Below the pieces are notes generated by a model, which was given only the letters and a program-made list of their open reading frames with translations, did no database searches and was not told the origin of the DNA. A stretch of DNA of 56,459 nucleotides from Chiloscyllium plagiosum (taxonomy: Eukaryota), in the NCBI RefSeq assembly GCF_004010195.1, contig NC_057720.1, positions 29,913,631-29,970,089 on the forward strand. Reading direction: 5' to 3'. Of the stretch, positions 35,063 through 47,700 are shown piece by piece (within the stretch, counting starts at the first letter, position 1; each line of letters begins with the position of its first letter). Position numbers and translations under genes: made by a program.

Positions 35063-36684
35063 ACCACTCCTCAGAAGCGAAAAGATCTGGCACTTCGATC
35101 TTGCATATCAGTCATTCCGAATGTGATCTGGTAGCAGGTAACTGATTCAATTTTGATTTTGGAATGTTATACTATAGGAGGACAGTAAAAATACAGAACA
35201 TCAAACAATGTTCCAAATCCATAAAAGTTCATTTTTGGCATCACATTCTAAAGATGTATGAAAATGCTCTTCCACTACCTCACAATGCTACAACTAAGAT
35301 TTTCTGCATGGCGAGTTGCTGCATTTCATTCTTTCCTGACACTTCAAAGCTCCAGATCTCTTTTCCTTTACTTTCCTCCTACAATCTTCATGTTTTTAAA
35401 ATGCAGTCTTAACATCACTATTACTTACACTTATTCTCTCCTGCTCCCTTGAATCTTAGTGGGCCTTTCACAAAGGTTTCTCAATTAAATGAATAAGAAG
35501 TAATCTTGACTCTAGTTTCCTAAACCACCAAACCTCTCCACTATCTATCACCTGTGCCAAGGGAATACACCTTCTACCATGTTACCCGAGGCTTCCTGTG
35601 ATTACTATTTACAGTCTCCAGACCTCTAGAGACAATGAGTTCTTTTTGTTTTGTCTTCCCAGCAAGAAGTATCAGGTATAGCCTGCAGGTTTACACAACA
35701 CAAATCACCTGCTGTCAGTGTCAGCATAATGAGGCATAGACTGGACAAATTAGCTGGGTAGTATCTTTCTGACAACCAGCAGCTAGCCTGTAATTACTGG
35801 ACCCCTAAATGCAGGTCATGAAGAACTGAAAGAAGACGAGATAGCAAAGAATAATCATCATGTCCTCAATGAGACAGGGATCAAACGATCTGGCAGATGA
35901 GATGAAACTAAACCTGTGGACAATCGAGTAAGCACCAGTGATGAATCACTGAGCTATTAAGTAAAGCATGACACCCCAAGGCAATGATTACAGCACTATT
36001 AAAAATTGTATTCTCTTTCCTGGGTGAAGTGAATGAAGAGAGAATATCTGTTATGGAGAAAAACATAAACTATTCAGTGACACCAGCCAAAGCACAACAG
36101 CAACACAGATCATACAACCTGCAGATTTGTTCATGTATCATCTGATTTTCAGGTACTATATAGATGCATCTAACATGGTGCGTAGGAAATATGTGCTGAT
36201 TATCAGTCAAAAGTGCATTGCCTGTATATAGGACTGGCTTCCTGTGAAAGTATTGCAAGTTCAGTGAAGAGCTATTTAAAATAATTAATACATTATGTAA
36301 ACGAAAGTCTTTTCTTCATTGAAGACTCCTTTCCTATTTCATATATTCCAAAACCTGAGTTACATATTAATCTTGTCCCTCTTACTGATAAGTAGAAAGG
36401 AAATTTCATCAAGGCTCTTTAAAGAGATGAAGCAATACTTATCAGTTAGTTTTCCATTTGTCATTTCAGCGTGCTCATTAACGTTTCAGCGTTTGTGGTC
36501 TTCGTTCTCACACTGGAAAGAGTATCAATGGTCTGAATAGCAATGGTGTTTCATATTTTTTGTCGAGTTAAAAACTATCTGAATCTAATTACAAGTTAAC
36601 TTTGAACGTAAGACCATAAGAAATATGAACTAGAGTAGGTCATTTGGCCCCTCAAACCTGCCCCACCATTCAACAAGATAGCTT

Positions 36685-37893
36685 TGTTCATTCATGGGAG
36701 ATGGACATTGTTGGCTGGGCCAACATTTATTGTCCATCACTAGCTGCCTTTGAGAAGGTGGTGGTGAGATGCCTTCTTGAACTGCTGCAGTCCATGTACT
36801 GTAGTAGACCTTAGGGAGGGAATTCCAGGATTTTGGCCCAGTGGCACTGAAGGAATGGTGATATGTTTCAGGATGGTGAGTGGCTTGGCGGAGAACCTAA
36901 CTCTATTGCAGGTGTTCCCATCCATCTGCTGCCTGAATCCTTCTAAATCATAGTGGTTATGGATTTTGAAGGTGCTGCTTAAGGATTTTTATTGAATTTC
37001 TGCCATGCATCTTGTGGATAATGCATACTGCTGCTCCTGAGTGTTGATGATGAAAGGAATGGCTGTTGGTGGATGTGACAACAATCAAGTTGTCAGCTTT
37101 GTCCTAGATGGTGTCAAGCTTCTTGAGTGTTGCTGGAGATGCACTCATCCAGGCAAGTGAGGAGTATTTCATCACACCCTTGACTTGTGCCTTGCAGATG
37201 GTGTGCAGTCTTTAGGGAGTCAGGAGGTGAGCTACTTACCACTGTATTCCTAGCTTCTGGCCTACTCTTGCAGCCACTGTATTTAAATGGCTAGTCAAAT
37301 TGAATTTCTGGTCAATGGTAATCCCCAGGATGTTGATATTGCTGGATTCAGTGATGGTAATACCACTGAATGGTTGTGGCTAGATTGTCTATTATTGGAG
37401 GTAAAAACAATGACTGCAGATACTGGAAACCAGATTCTGGATTAGTGGTGTTGGAAGAGCACAGCAGTTCAGGCAGCATCCAAGGAGCTTCGAAATCGAC
37501 GTTTCGGGCAAAAGCCCTTCATCAGGAGTTCGTTATTGCCTGGCAATTGTGTGGTGTGAATGTTACTTGCCACTTTTCTGCCCAAGCCTGGATATTGTCC
37601 AGATCCTGCTGAATTTGGACGTGGAATATTTTAGTATCTGAGGAGTTGAAAATGGTGATGAACATTGTGTAGTCATCAGTGAACATCACACTTCTGATCT
37701 TATGATGGAGGGAAGGTCATTGATGAAGCAGCTGAAGATATTTGGAGATATTTGGGCCTAGGACACTAGCCTGAGGAACTCCTGAAGGTGAGATGACTTA
37801 ACTCTAGCAACCACAACCATCTTCCTATGTGCCAGATATGACTCCAATCAGCAAAGAGGTTTTCCCTAATTTCCATTGACTCCAGTTTTCCTC
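36685..37893 (-). mobile_element. 3' part of the CR1/L2-group LINE
   Basis: Reverse-complement similarity to about 20180-21180. Confidence 0.85.
37401..37527 (-). mobile_element. Solo PLE pseudo-LTR fragment with an intact hammerhead core
   Basis: Minus strand CTGATGA-A-GGGC-TTTT-GCCC-GAAAC-GTC at 37525-37498, followed by the same arm and tail as the other copies. Confidence 0.85.
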
Positions 37894-39483
37894 AATGCTA
37901 TAATCAGTGAAACATGATCATGATAGATGTGCTCCAGGTCTCAACTCCTCTTTCATGCCAACTCAGCATAGCTGTCAACTCCCTGATATTTCAAAAATCT
38001 ACCTAATTCCTCTTTAAATACCCTTTATGATCTGGCATCCACAACTCTCTGGTGCTCAGACTTCCAGATATTCCTTACCCTCTAGAAGAAGAAATTCTTT
38101 TGCATCTCAACTTTAAATGACTGTTTCCTTTCTCTGGGTCTACGTCTATCAATTTAAGATTCTACCACTCATGGAAACATCCTCTTAACATCTATCTTTT
38201 CAAGCCCCCTCAGAATTTTATATGTTTCAATAGGAACACCCCTCATTCTTCTAAACTCCTAATGAATAAGTTAATAATGTTTAGCTATTTTTGATAAGTC
38301 AACCCTTTCATTCCAAGAATTAGCCTAGTGAATCTTATGTGAATAGTCTCCAATGTCAGTATGTCCTTTTTCAAATATGAGAACTGAAATTACCAAGTTG
38401 AATTAGCTTTATTGTCACATGCACTTAAATGAGTGCAGTGAAAAGTTTGCAATGTCACCACTTACAGAGCCACCTTGGGTATAAGATACCTAACTACAGA
38501 TACTAAATATTTGATAGAAAATAGAAAAAAAAATATCCTGCTAGTTCTTCATTAATAAAAGACTCTAGTGTTTTCCCAATGACAAAAATTAAGCTAACTG
38601 GACTATAGTTTTCTGTTTCCCTCCTTTCTTGAACATGGATATCACAATAACAGCTTTCTAATCCACTGGAAACTTCCCTGAATCCAGTGACCTTTGGATT
38701 ATTTCGACCAATGTCTGCACTATCTCTGCAGCCACTTCCTTTAAAACCTAAGGATGCAGGCCATCAGGTCATGGTGACTTGTCTGCCTTTAGTCTCGTTA
38801 GTTTGTCAAATACTTAGTCACTCGAGGTCTTTTGCACATTAGTACTCCACTTACCAATTATCTTCAGGATCCTATGGTGTTGTCTACTTAAGGAGCAAGC
38901 AAGTATTGGTTTAAATTATTTCCCGTTTCGCTGTTCCCCATTATCAGTTCCCAGTTGCATTCTTCAAAGGTCCATACTTCTGTTAGCTATTCTCCTTCAT
39001 TTTATACATCCATAGAAGTTCTTTCTATTTGATTTTATATTTCTTGCCATTTTTGTTTCATAAACAATTTTCACACTCTTCATCAGCTTTTTAGTCATCA
39101 GCTGCTAGTTCCTAAAACTTTCCAAATCCTCTGACCTACCATTAGTTTTCACCACTTTGTACAGCTCAGTTTTTTTTGGTGGAAACTCTCCTTGATTGCC
39201 TTTGTTAACCATGGGTGTATTGTCAATCTCAGTGAGTCCTTCCTTTTGAACAGAATAATGTTTGCTGAGCATTATAAAATATCTATTTAAATGTCTGCCA
39301 TTGCACATGCACTGATTTCAGTAAAGCATTCAGCAAAGTTCCTCTTGATAGGCTAATTAGCAAGGTTAGATCACATGGAATACAGGGAGAACTAGCCAGT
39401 TGGATATAGAACTGGCTCAAAGATAGAAGACAGAGGGTGTTGGTAGAGGGTTGAGTTCATTGCTTTTTGTCATTTATATAAAA

Positions 39484-39807
39484 TGGTGGCATGTTGGCTC
39501 AGTGGTTAGCACTGCTTCCTCACAGCACCAGGGACCCAGGTTCAATTCCTGCCTCGGGTGACTGTCTGTGTGGAGTTTGCACATTTTTGCCGTGTCTACG
39601 TGGGTTTCTTCTGGGTGCTCCGGTTTCCTCCCACAATCCAAAGATGTGCAGGTCAAGTGAATTGGCCATGGTAAATTGCCCATAGTGTTAGGTGCATTAG
39701 TCAGGGGTAAATATGGGGAATGGGTCTGTGTGGGTTACTCTTTGGAGGGTCAGTATGGACTTATTGAGCCGAAGGGCCCGTTTCCATACTGTAGGGAATC
39801 TAACCTA
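39484..39807 (+). mobile_element. HE1 SINE nested in CR1
   Basis: A box tggctcagtgg, B box ggttcaattcc, HE1 core and tail. Confidence 0.93.
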
Positions 39808-40521
39808 AATGATTTGGATATAAACATGGCAGATATGGTTAGTAAATCTGCAGCTGGCACCAACTTTGGAGGTCACCAAAGAAGGTTATCTCAGTGTACA
39901 ACAGGACCTTAATCAGGTAGGCTAATGGGCTGAGAAGTGGCAGATGGAATTTAATTTAGATAAATGCCAGGTGCTGCATTTTGGGAAAGCAAATCTTAGC
40001 GGGACTTATACACTTAATGGTAAGGTCCTAGGGAGTGTTGCTGAACAAAGAGACATTGGAGTGCAGGTTCATAGTTCCTTGAAGCTAGAGTTGCAGGTAG
40101 ACAGGATAGTGAAGAAGGCATTTGGTATGTTTGACTTTATTGGTCAGTGCATTGAGTACAGGAGATGGGAGGCCATGTTACGGCTGTACAGGACATTAGT
40201 TCGGCCACTTTTGGAATATTGTGTTCAATTGTGGTCTCTCTGCCATCGGAAAGATGTTGTGAAACTTGAAAGGGTTCAGAAAAGATTTACAAGAATGTTA
40301 CCATGGTTGGAGGATTTGACCTATAGGGAGAGATTGAATGGACTGGGTCTATTTTCCCTGGAGCTTCAGAGGCTGAGGGGTGACCTTATAGAGCTTTATA
40401 AAATCACCAGGGACATGGATAGGCAAATAGACAAGGTATTTTGCACAGGGTGGGAAAGTCCAAAACCAGAAGGTATAGGTTTAAGGTCAGAGGGGAAGGT
40501 TTAAAAGGGACCTAAGGGACA

Positions 40522-40921
40522 NNNNNNNNNNNNNNNNNNNNNNNNNNNNNNNNNNNNNNNNNNNNNNNNNNNNNNNNNNNNNNNNNNNNNNNNNNNNNNN
40601 NNNNNNNNNNNNNNNNNNNNNNNNNNNNNNNNNNNNNNNNNNNNNNNNNNNNNNNNNNNNNNNNNNNNNNNNNNNNNNNNNNNNNNNNNNNNNNNNNNNN
40701 NNNNNNNNNNNNNNNNNNNNNNNNNNNNNNNNNNNNNNNNNNNNNNNNNNNNNNNNNNNNNNNNNNNNNNNNNNNNNNNNNNNNNNNNNNNNNNNNNNNN
40801 NNNNNNNNNNNNNNNNNNNNNNNNNNNNNNNNNNNNNNNNNNNNNNNNNNNNNNNNNNNNNNNNNNNNNNNNNNNNNNNNNNNNNNNNNNNNNNNNNNNN
40901 NNNNNNNNNNNNNNNNNNNNN
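40522..40921. other. Assembly gap
   Basis: Run of 400 N. Confidence 1.
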
Positions 40922-41072
40922 AACACCGCTAGTAACGGCACTCCAAGATGAACCTTTACCATCAACTACTACCCTCTGTCTTCTTCCATCCAGCCAATTC
41001 CTAATCCAAACCTCCAACTCACCCTCAATGCCATACCTCCGTATTTTTTGAAGTAGCCTACCATGGGGAACT
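40922..41072 (-). mobile_element. CR1 RT fragment of a different subfamily running into the gap
   Basis: WIRNWLDGRRQRVVVDGKGSSWSAVTSGV in ORF 40487..41017. Confidence 0.85.
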
Positions 41073-42186
41073 TGGCCACTTTTTGGTATGTTTGACTTTA
41101 TTGGTCAGTGCATTGAGTACAGGAGATAGGAGGCCATGTTACGGCTGTACAGGACATTAGTTCGGCCACTTTTGGAATATTGTGTTCAATTGTGGTCTCT
41201 CTGCAGCTGGCACCAACTTTGGAGGTCATCAAAGAAGGTTATCTCAGTGTACAACAGGACCTTAATCAGGTAGGCTAATGGGCTGAGAAGTGGCAGATGG
41301 AATTTAATTTAGATAAATGCCAGGTGCTGCATTTTGGGAAAGCAAATCTTAGCGGGACTTATACACTTAATGGTAAGGTCCTAGGGAGTGTTGCTGAACA
41401 AAGAGACATTGGAGTGCAGGTTCATAGTTCCTTGAAGCTAGAGTTGCAGGTAGACAGGATAGTGAAGAAGGCATTTGGTATGTTTGACTTTATTGGTCAG
41501 TGCATTGAGTACAGGAGATGGGAGGCCATGTTACGGCTGTACAGGACATTAGTTCGGCCACTTTTGGAATATTGTGTTCAATTGTGGTCTCTCTGCCATC
41601 GGAAAGATGTTGTGAAACTTGAAAGGGTTCAGAAAAGATTTACAAGAATGTTACCATGGTTGGAGGATTTGACCTATAGGGAGAGATTGAATGGACTGGG
41701 TCTATTTTCCCTGGAGCTTCAGAGGCTGAGGGGTGACCTTATAGAGCTTTATAAAATCACCAGGGACATGGATAGGCAAATAGACAAGGTATTTTGCACA
41801 GGGTGGGAAAGTCCAAAACCAGAAGGTATAGGTTTAAGGTCAGAGGGGAAGGTTTAAAAGGGACCTAAGGGACAACCTTTTCGTGCAGAGGGTGATGCAT
41901 GTGTGGAATGAGCTGCCAGAGGAAGTGGTGGAGGCTGGTACAATTACAGCATTTAAGAGCATCTGAAGGGGTATAAGAGTAGGAAGGGTTAAAATGGACA
42001 TGGGCCAAATGCTGATATACAGGATTAGATTTAATTAGGATATCTAGTCAGCATGGACAAGTTGGACCAAAGGATCTGCTTCCATGATGTACAGCTCTAT
42101 GACCCTATGACTTTCATCTTAATGTATTTTCCCAGCCATCTTTAGGTAGCTCTTTTTTTCATACTCCTATAATTGTCCCTATTTAT

Positions 42187-42335
42187 AAGACCATAAGACC
42201 ATAAGACATAGGAGTGGAAGTAAGGTCATTCGGCCCATCGAGTCCACTCCGCCATTCAATCATGGCTGATGGGCATTTCAACTCCACTTACCCGCATTCT
42301 CCCCGTAACCCTTAATTCCTTGTGACATCAAGAAT
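42187..42335 (-). mobile_element. CR1 3'-end fragment (TCTTATGG-tail subfamily)
   Basis: agaccataagaccataagacatagg...cattcggcccatcgag. Confidence 0.8.
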
Positions 42336-42675
42336 TATGTTGAAGACAATGGCTGAGATCTGAGATGCTATCCTTCAAACTGAATTTCAAATTCTACTAT
42401 GATATGCTTGCTATGCCTCTAAGGATCCTTAACTATGAGATATTTTGTTTATTCCATGTAATTACACATTAATAGATCTAAATTAGCCTGTTTCTGGGTA
42501 GCTACTGCCACATACTGAACTAAAATACAAACCCTGACACACTCTAGAAATTTGTCTTTCATGTCACTCTTTTCCATCTGATTTATCCATTCAATATGCA
42601 GAATATAATCACAATTGCAGAATATAATCACATAACAATTGTAGTGCCCTGCTTACATGCCTCCATTTATACCTT

Positions 42676-43015
42676 GTCATAGAGTCATACAGCATGGAAA
42701 CAGACCCATTGGTCCAATCAGTCCATGCTGACCATAATCCTAACCTCTACTAGTCCCACCTGCCTGTGCTTGACCCATTATCCTCCAAACATTTCTTAAT
42801 CATGTACTTATCTAAATCTTTATATTTTAAATGTTGTAACTGTACACATATCTGCCACTTCTGAAAATTCATTCCATACACAAACCACTCTCTATGTGGA
42901 AAAAAAAGCCCTTTCATGTCCTTTTTTAAAATCTTTCTCCTCTTATCTTAAAAATATGCCCTCTGGTCTTAAAATTCCCCAACCTAGGGAAAAGACATCT
43001 GCCATTCACCTTATG
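42676..43015 (-). mobile_element. CR1 3'-end fragment
   Basis: gtcatagagtcatacagcatggaaacagaccc tail and 3' UTR. Confidence 0.85.
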
Positions 43016-44652
43016 TATACCTTGTCCTACAGTGAAGCAATAGGCTCCTATCAATAACTCCCACCCATGACTTCTGTCCTTTGCAATTCCTTATTTCCGC
43101 CCAAACTGATTCCATCGCATGACCCATTGCATCGATATCACTGTTAAGCACTGCACTAATACCTTCCTTTATTAACAAAGCTATCCCACCTCCTTTTCCT
43201 TTTTGCCAAATCTTCTGGAATGTTAAATACCCTTGAATATTGAGCTCCCAGACTTGGTCACCCAGTAACAATATCCCCATAACAGCCATCAAGTTATATT
43301 CATTTATTTCTATTTGTGCCATCAACGGATCTATCTTGTTACAGAGGCAGCGTACAGTCAGATAAAAACTATTGAGTTTTGACTTTTTAACCACTATTAA
43401 TCTCTCTGATTCTATTTCTGCAGCATATTTTGTTCAGAATACTGGTCCCAGCATGATTCAAATTAATCCTCCCAACAGAGCAGTTCTGTCTTTCCCCACT
43501 ACTTATAATCAGAACTCATTTCTCCCACACAAATGGTTTAGACTTGCTTTTGCCTCCCTAATCATATTTACCCTACGTGACTATGTAAATAGCTCAGGTA
43601 GTAATTGGGAGTCTAGAAACCTTTGTGGTGTGCTTTTGAATTTAATCTGAGATGTTTGCAATCCCTAAGCAGAAGTTCCTTTCTAGTCTTACTCAATTCA
43701 TTGGTACACACATGGACCACTCCAACTGGATCCTCCAAGTTCCTCTCCAGCCAGGAGGAGATGTCCTGCACTTTGGTCATCAATACAGCCTTCAGCACTC
43801 TCTGTCTTTGCTGCAGAGAACAGTATCTGTTCTCCTAACTGTATTATTTCCTATTACTATTACAGTTCTGTCTTCTCCCTCCACTTTAGTGGCACTCTAG
43901 ACCATAGTGCTGTGATCAGTTTGCTCATCCTACCAAGAGTCTGTGCCCTCATCTTCACAAGGAAGAAGAATTGCATAACTTTTGGAAAGGACACTAGTCG
44001 AGGCTCCTCCAAAGCTAAATTCTGGATCCCCATACATCCCTCACACACAGTCACACTCTCCTGTCTCTGTTAAAATTTGATGAAATTAATCTAAGTGGCA
44101 AAACTACTTCCTGAACATGGTGTCCAGATACCTCTGTCCCTCCCTGATATATCAAAGTTTCAGCAACTCAGACTCTAACCCATCAACTCTGACCTAAAAT
44201 TCCTTGATCAGCCAACACTAGTATGGGAATTGGAAGGTCATGTTGCAGATGAACAAGATGTTGGTTAGGCCAATACGTTGGAATATTGCGTGCAATTCTG
44301 TCTTCTTCCTATCGGAATGATGTTGTGAAACTTGAAAAGGTTCAGAAAAAATTTACAAGGATGTTGCCAGGGTTGGAGGATTTGAGCTATAGGGAGAGGC
44401 TGAACAGGCTGGGGCTGTTTTCCCTGGAGCGTAGGAGGCTGAGGAGTGACCTTATAGAGGTTTATAAAATCATAAGGGGCATGGATAGGATAAATAGACA
44501 AAATATTTTCCCTGGGGTGGGGGAGTCCAGAACTAGAGGGCATAGGTTTAGGGTGAGAGGAGAAAGATTATAAATGGGGCAACGTTTTCACCCAGAGGGT
44601 GGAACGTGTATGGAATGAGCTGCCAGAGGAAGTGGGGGAGGCTGGTACAATT

Positions 44653-45190
44653 TGGAGGACTTTGGTTAGGCCACATTTGGAGTACTGTGTGCAGTTCTGG
44701 TCGCCTCACTTTAAGAAAGATGTGGAAGTGTTGGGGAGGGTGCAGAGAAGATTTACCAGGATGTTGCCTGGAATGGAGAATAGGTCGTACGAGGATAGGT
44801 TGAGAGTGCTAGGCCTTTTCTCATTGGAACGGCGAAGGATGAGGGGTGACTTGATAGAGGTTTATAAGATGATCAGAGGAATAGATAGAGTAGACAGTCA
44901 GAAACTTTTTCCCCGGGCACAACCGAGTGTTACAAGGGGACATAAATTTAAGGTGAAGGGTGGAAGGTATAGGGGAGATGTCAGGGGTGGGTTCTTTACC
45001 CAGAGAGTGGTGGGGGCATGGAATGCGCTGCCTGTGGGAGTGGTAGAGTCAGAATCTTTGGTGACCTTTAAGCGGCAATTGGATAGGTACATGGATGGGT
45101 GCTTAAGCTAGGACAAATGTTCGGCACAACATCGTGGGCTGAAGGGCCTGTTCTCTGCTGTATTGTTCTATGTTCTATGTTCTATGTTCT
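44653..45190 (+). mobile_element. Young CR1 subfamily 3' fragment with an open ORF2 C-terminus
   Basis: Uninterrupted TLVRPHLEYCVQFWSP...AWNALP...LDRYM; tail (TTCTATG)n; aatt duplicated at 44649-44652 and 45191-45194. Confidence 0.9.
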
Positions 45191-45351
45191 AATTGTAGCA
45201 TTTAAAAGGCATCTGGATTGGTATATGAATAGGAAGGATTTGGAGGGATATGGATCATGTGTTGGCAAATGGACTAGATTAGGTTGGGATATCTGGTCGG
45301 CCTGGGTGAATTGGACTGCAGGGTCTGTTTCCATGCTGTACATGTCTATGA

Positions 45352-45575
45352 GTTGAAACTTTATTGCTGGAACAGCACAGCAGGTCAGGCAGCATCCAGG
45401 GAACAGGAGATTCGATGTTTCGGGCACAGGCCCTTCTTGAATTGATTCCTGAAGAAGGGCCTGTGCCCGAAACGTCGAATCTCCTGTTCCCTGGATGCTG
45501 CCTGACCTGCTGTGCTGTTCCAGCAATAAAGTTTCAACTTTGATCTCCAGCATCTGCAGACCTCACTTTCTCCTC
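45352..45575. mobile_element. Fold-back Penelope-like mini-element, young
   Basis: Near-perfect ~86-bp inverted arms (45352-45437 / 45453-45538); perfect 14-bp duplication gtacatgtctatga at 45338-45351 and 45576-45589. Confidence 0.9.
45444..45481 (+). ncRNA. Minimal type I hammerhead ribozyme, all motif elements intact
   Basis: GATTC-CTGAAGA-A-GGGC-CTGT-GCCC-GAAAC-GTC-GAATC: 5-bp stem I, 4-bp stem II, palindromic ACGU in place of stem III, predicted cleavage after C45476. Confidence 0.85.
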
Positions 45576-45604
45576 GTACATGTCTATGACTCTATGACTT
45601 GCCG

Positions 45605-46942
45605 CAGATGTGGTGTTCCACAGGTATTGGTACTAGGTCCACTTTTGTTTGTCTTATATATAAATGATTTGGATGAGAATGTAGAAGGCATGGTTAGTAC
45701 ATTTGCAGATGATTCCAAAATTGGTGCTACAGTGGACAGTGAAGAAGGTTATCGAAGGTCATAAAGAGATCTTGATCAATTGAATCAATGGGCTGAGGAG
45801 TGGCAGATTGAGTTGAATTTGGATATGTGCGAGATATTACATTTTGGTAAAACAAACAAGGGCAGGACTTATACAATTAATAGTAGGGTCCTGGCAGTGT
45901 CATAGAACAGAGAGACCTCGGGTTTTCAGGTACATAATTCTTTGAAATTTGCATTACAGGTAGACAGGGTGGTTAAGAAGGCGATTAGCACACTTGCCTT
46001 TATTGCTCAGACCTTTAAGAATAAGAATTGGGATGTCATCTTGTGGCTGTACAGGACATTGGTGACGCCTCTTCTAGAATACTGTGCTCAGTGTAGAGTG
46101 GCACAGTGGCTCAGTGGTTAGCACTGCTGCCTCACAGCAATAGGGTCTGGGTTCAATTCCAGCCTCAGGTGACTGTCTTTGCAGAGTCTGCACATTCTCC
46201 CTGGGTGCTGTCGTTTCCTCCTACAATCCAAAGATGTGCAGGTTAGGTGAATTGGTTATGCTAAATTGCTCATAGTGTGTAGGTTAGGTGCTTTAGGTAG
46301 GGGTAAATGTAGAGGAATGGGTTTGGGTGGGATACTCTTCGTAGGGTCAGTGTGGACTTGTTGGGCCAAAGGGCCTATTTCCACACTGTAAGGAGTCAAT
46401 TCTAGTTCTGATTGCCCTGCTATAGAAAGGATATTACTAATTGGAGAGAGTTCAGAAAAGATTTACAGAATGTTGGTGAGAATGGAGAGCTTTGAATGAT
46501 AAAAATAGGCTGGATAGGTGGGTACCTTTTTCACTGGAGCATAGGAGGTTGAGGGATTACTTCATAGAGATTTATTAATTCATGAGGGGCATGAAGAGGG
46601 GCATAATTCATGAAGAGCAAGGATCTTTTCCCTAGGTTGGGTGAGTTCAAAACTAGGGGCATATTTTTAAGTTCAAAGGAAAAAGTTTTAAAAAGGACGT
46701 GAGGCAATTTTTTTTTTTTTTACACAAAGAGTGGTTCATGTGTGGAATGAACTGCCAGAGGAAGTGGCGAATGTGGGTACAGTTACAATATTTAAAAGAC
46801 ATTTGGCTAAGTACATGAACAAGGAAGGTCTAGCAGGATATAGACCAAACACAGACAAGTGGGACTAGTTTAGGAACATGGTCAGCATGGACTAGTTAGA
46901 CTGAAGGATTTGTTTCCATGTTATATGATCATGACTATGACT
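45605..46942 (+). mobile_element. CR1 LINE RT to 3' end, degenerate
   Basis: GVPQVLVLGPLLFVLYINDLD...FADDSKIG in ORF 45495..45764; 3' UTR and tail near 46940. Confidence 0.9.
46096..46402 (+). mobile_element. HE1 SINE nested in CR1
   Basis: A box tggctcagtgg, B box ggttcaattcc, HE1 core and tail. Confidence 0.9.
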
Positions 46943-47451
46943 CGATGGTCACCATGGATTGCATGGCATCCACCAGCTCCCACATACTACAACTGCAACA
47001 CATCGCCTTCGCAGCCATTTCTATTTTATTCAATTAATTAAGTTTGATGTTAGATATTTTAATGGCAATTTTTAACTGTTCTTTTCAGCTTTAATAGTAT
47101 ATCATGATTTAACCAAATTGGTCAATGGAAAGACATGAAAGAAATACCCACTAATCACCTATGTAATTTCCAAGGATGTCACACTTTGCGTCTTACAGAA
47201 AGAAACAAGTTGAAGGGCATCTCTATCACCTGTTTTTATCTCTCACCATTACTACCTTTCTCATGCAGATCCACTCTTCCCTTTATGAAACTGCTCATGT
47301 ATTCTCCCACACCATTTGAGCAGCTATTGAGTCTTCTCTGTCTTCTGCTCTTTGTGATGCTTCTTTCCTCAGTCTCGTGTGCTCTTTATGAAGCTGGTGA
47401 AACCACTCTCTCATGCTATTTCAGAAGCATATGCTCCTCCTTGCTCTTGCT

Positions 47452-47700
47452 CAGTCTGCATCACAGTAATGCTGAATTACTGCACCTTCCGCCCAGTTCA
47501 ATTCACAGCGATGCTGACTTGCTGCATCACACTCCTTCCAGTCTGCTCTATAATGATGTTGACTGCTGCACACTTCTCCCAGTCCACTTCGCAGCAATAC
47601 TAACTCGCTCTACAATTCTAATCTGCTTCACAGCAAAGCTGCCTTGCTGCAGTATACACTGCTGAGTCTGCTTCACAGCGATTCTGACTTGCTGCATGGT
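47452..47700 (+). repeat. Degenerate minisatellite, about 6 units of 40-46 bp
   Basis: Recurring cagtctgcttcacagcgatgctgacttgctgca-like unit near 47452, 47493, 47539, 47580, 47620 and 47664. Confidence 0.75.

Larger units (their letters stand above)
39318..42111 (+). mobile_element. CR1 LINE 3' half, with an internal duplication across a gap
   Basis: Identical CR1 RT ORFs 39944..40504 and 41297..41857; tail ctctatgaccctatgac at about 42095-42111. Confidence 0.9.
36608..44215 (-). mobile_element. Old near-full-length CR1 LINE fragmented by nested insertions
   Basis: 3' tail at 36608; ORF2 remnants at 37910-39315 and 42112-42670; endonuclease ORF 43011..43394 (NKIDPL...IQGY...GKGGGIALLIK); ORF1 esterase remnant 43613..43798 (DPVGVVHVCTNE). 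Confidence 0.7.
44218..45598 (+). mobile_element. CR1 (HER1-like) 3' part, interrupted by a younger CR1 and a PLE mini-element
   Basis: ORF 44286..44573; sequence resumes at 45191 and 45576; tail tctatgactctatgact. Confidence 0.9.

Noticed and set aside
44599..45111. 170-aa ORF as a novel fusion protein
   Set aside because: Chance in-frame join of two nested CR1 ORF2 C-termini, starting at GTG
47452..47700. CRISPR-like array
   Set aside because: Eukaryotic context, degenerate units without unique spacers, no cas genes
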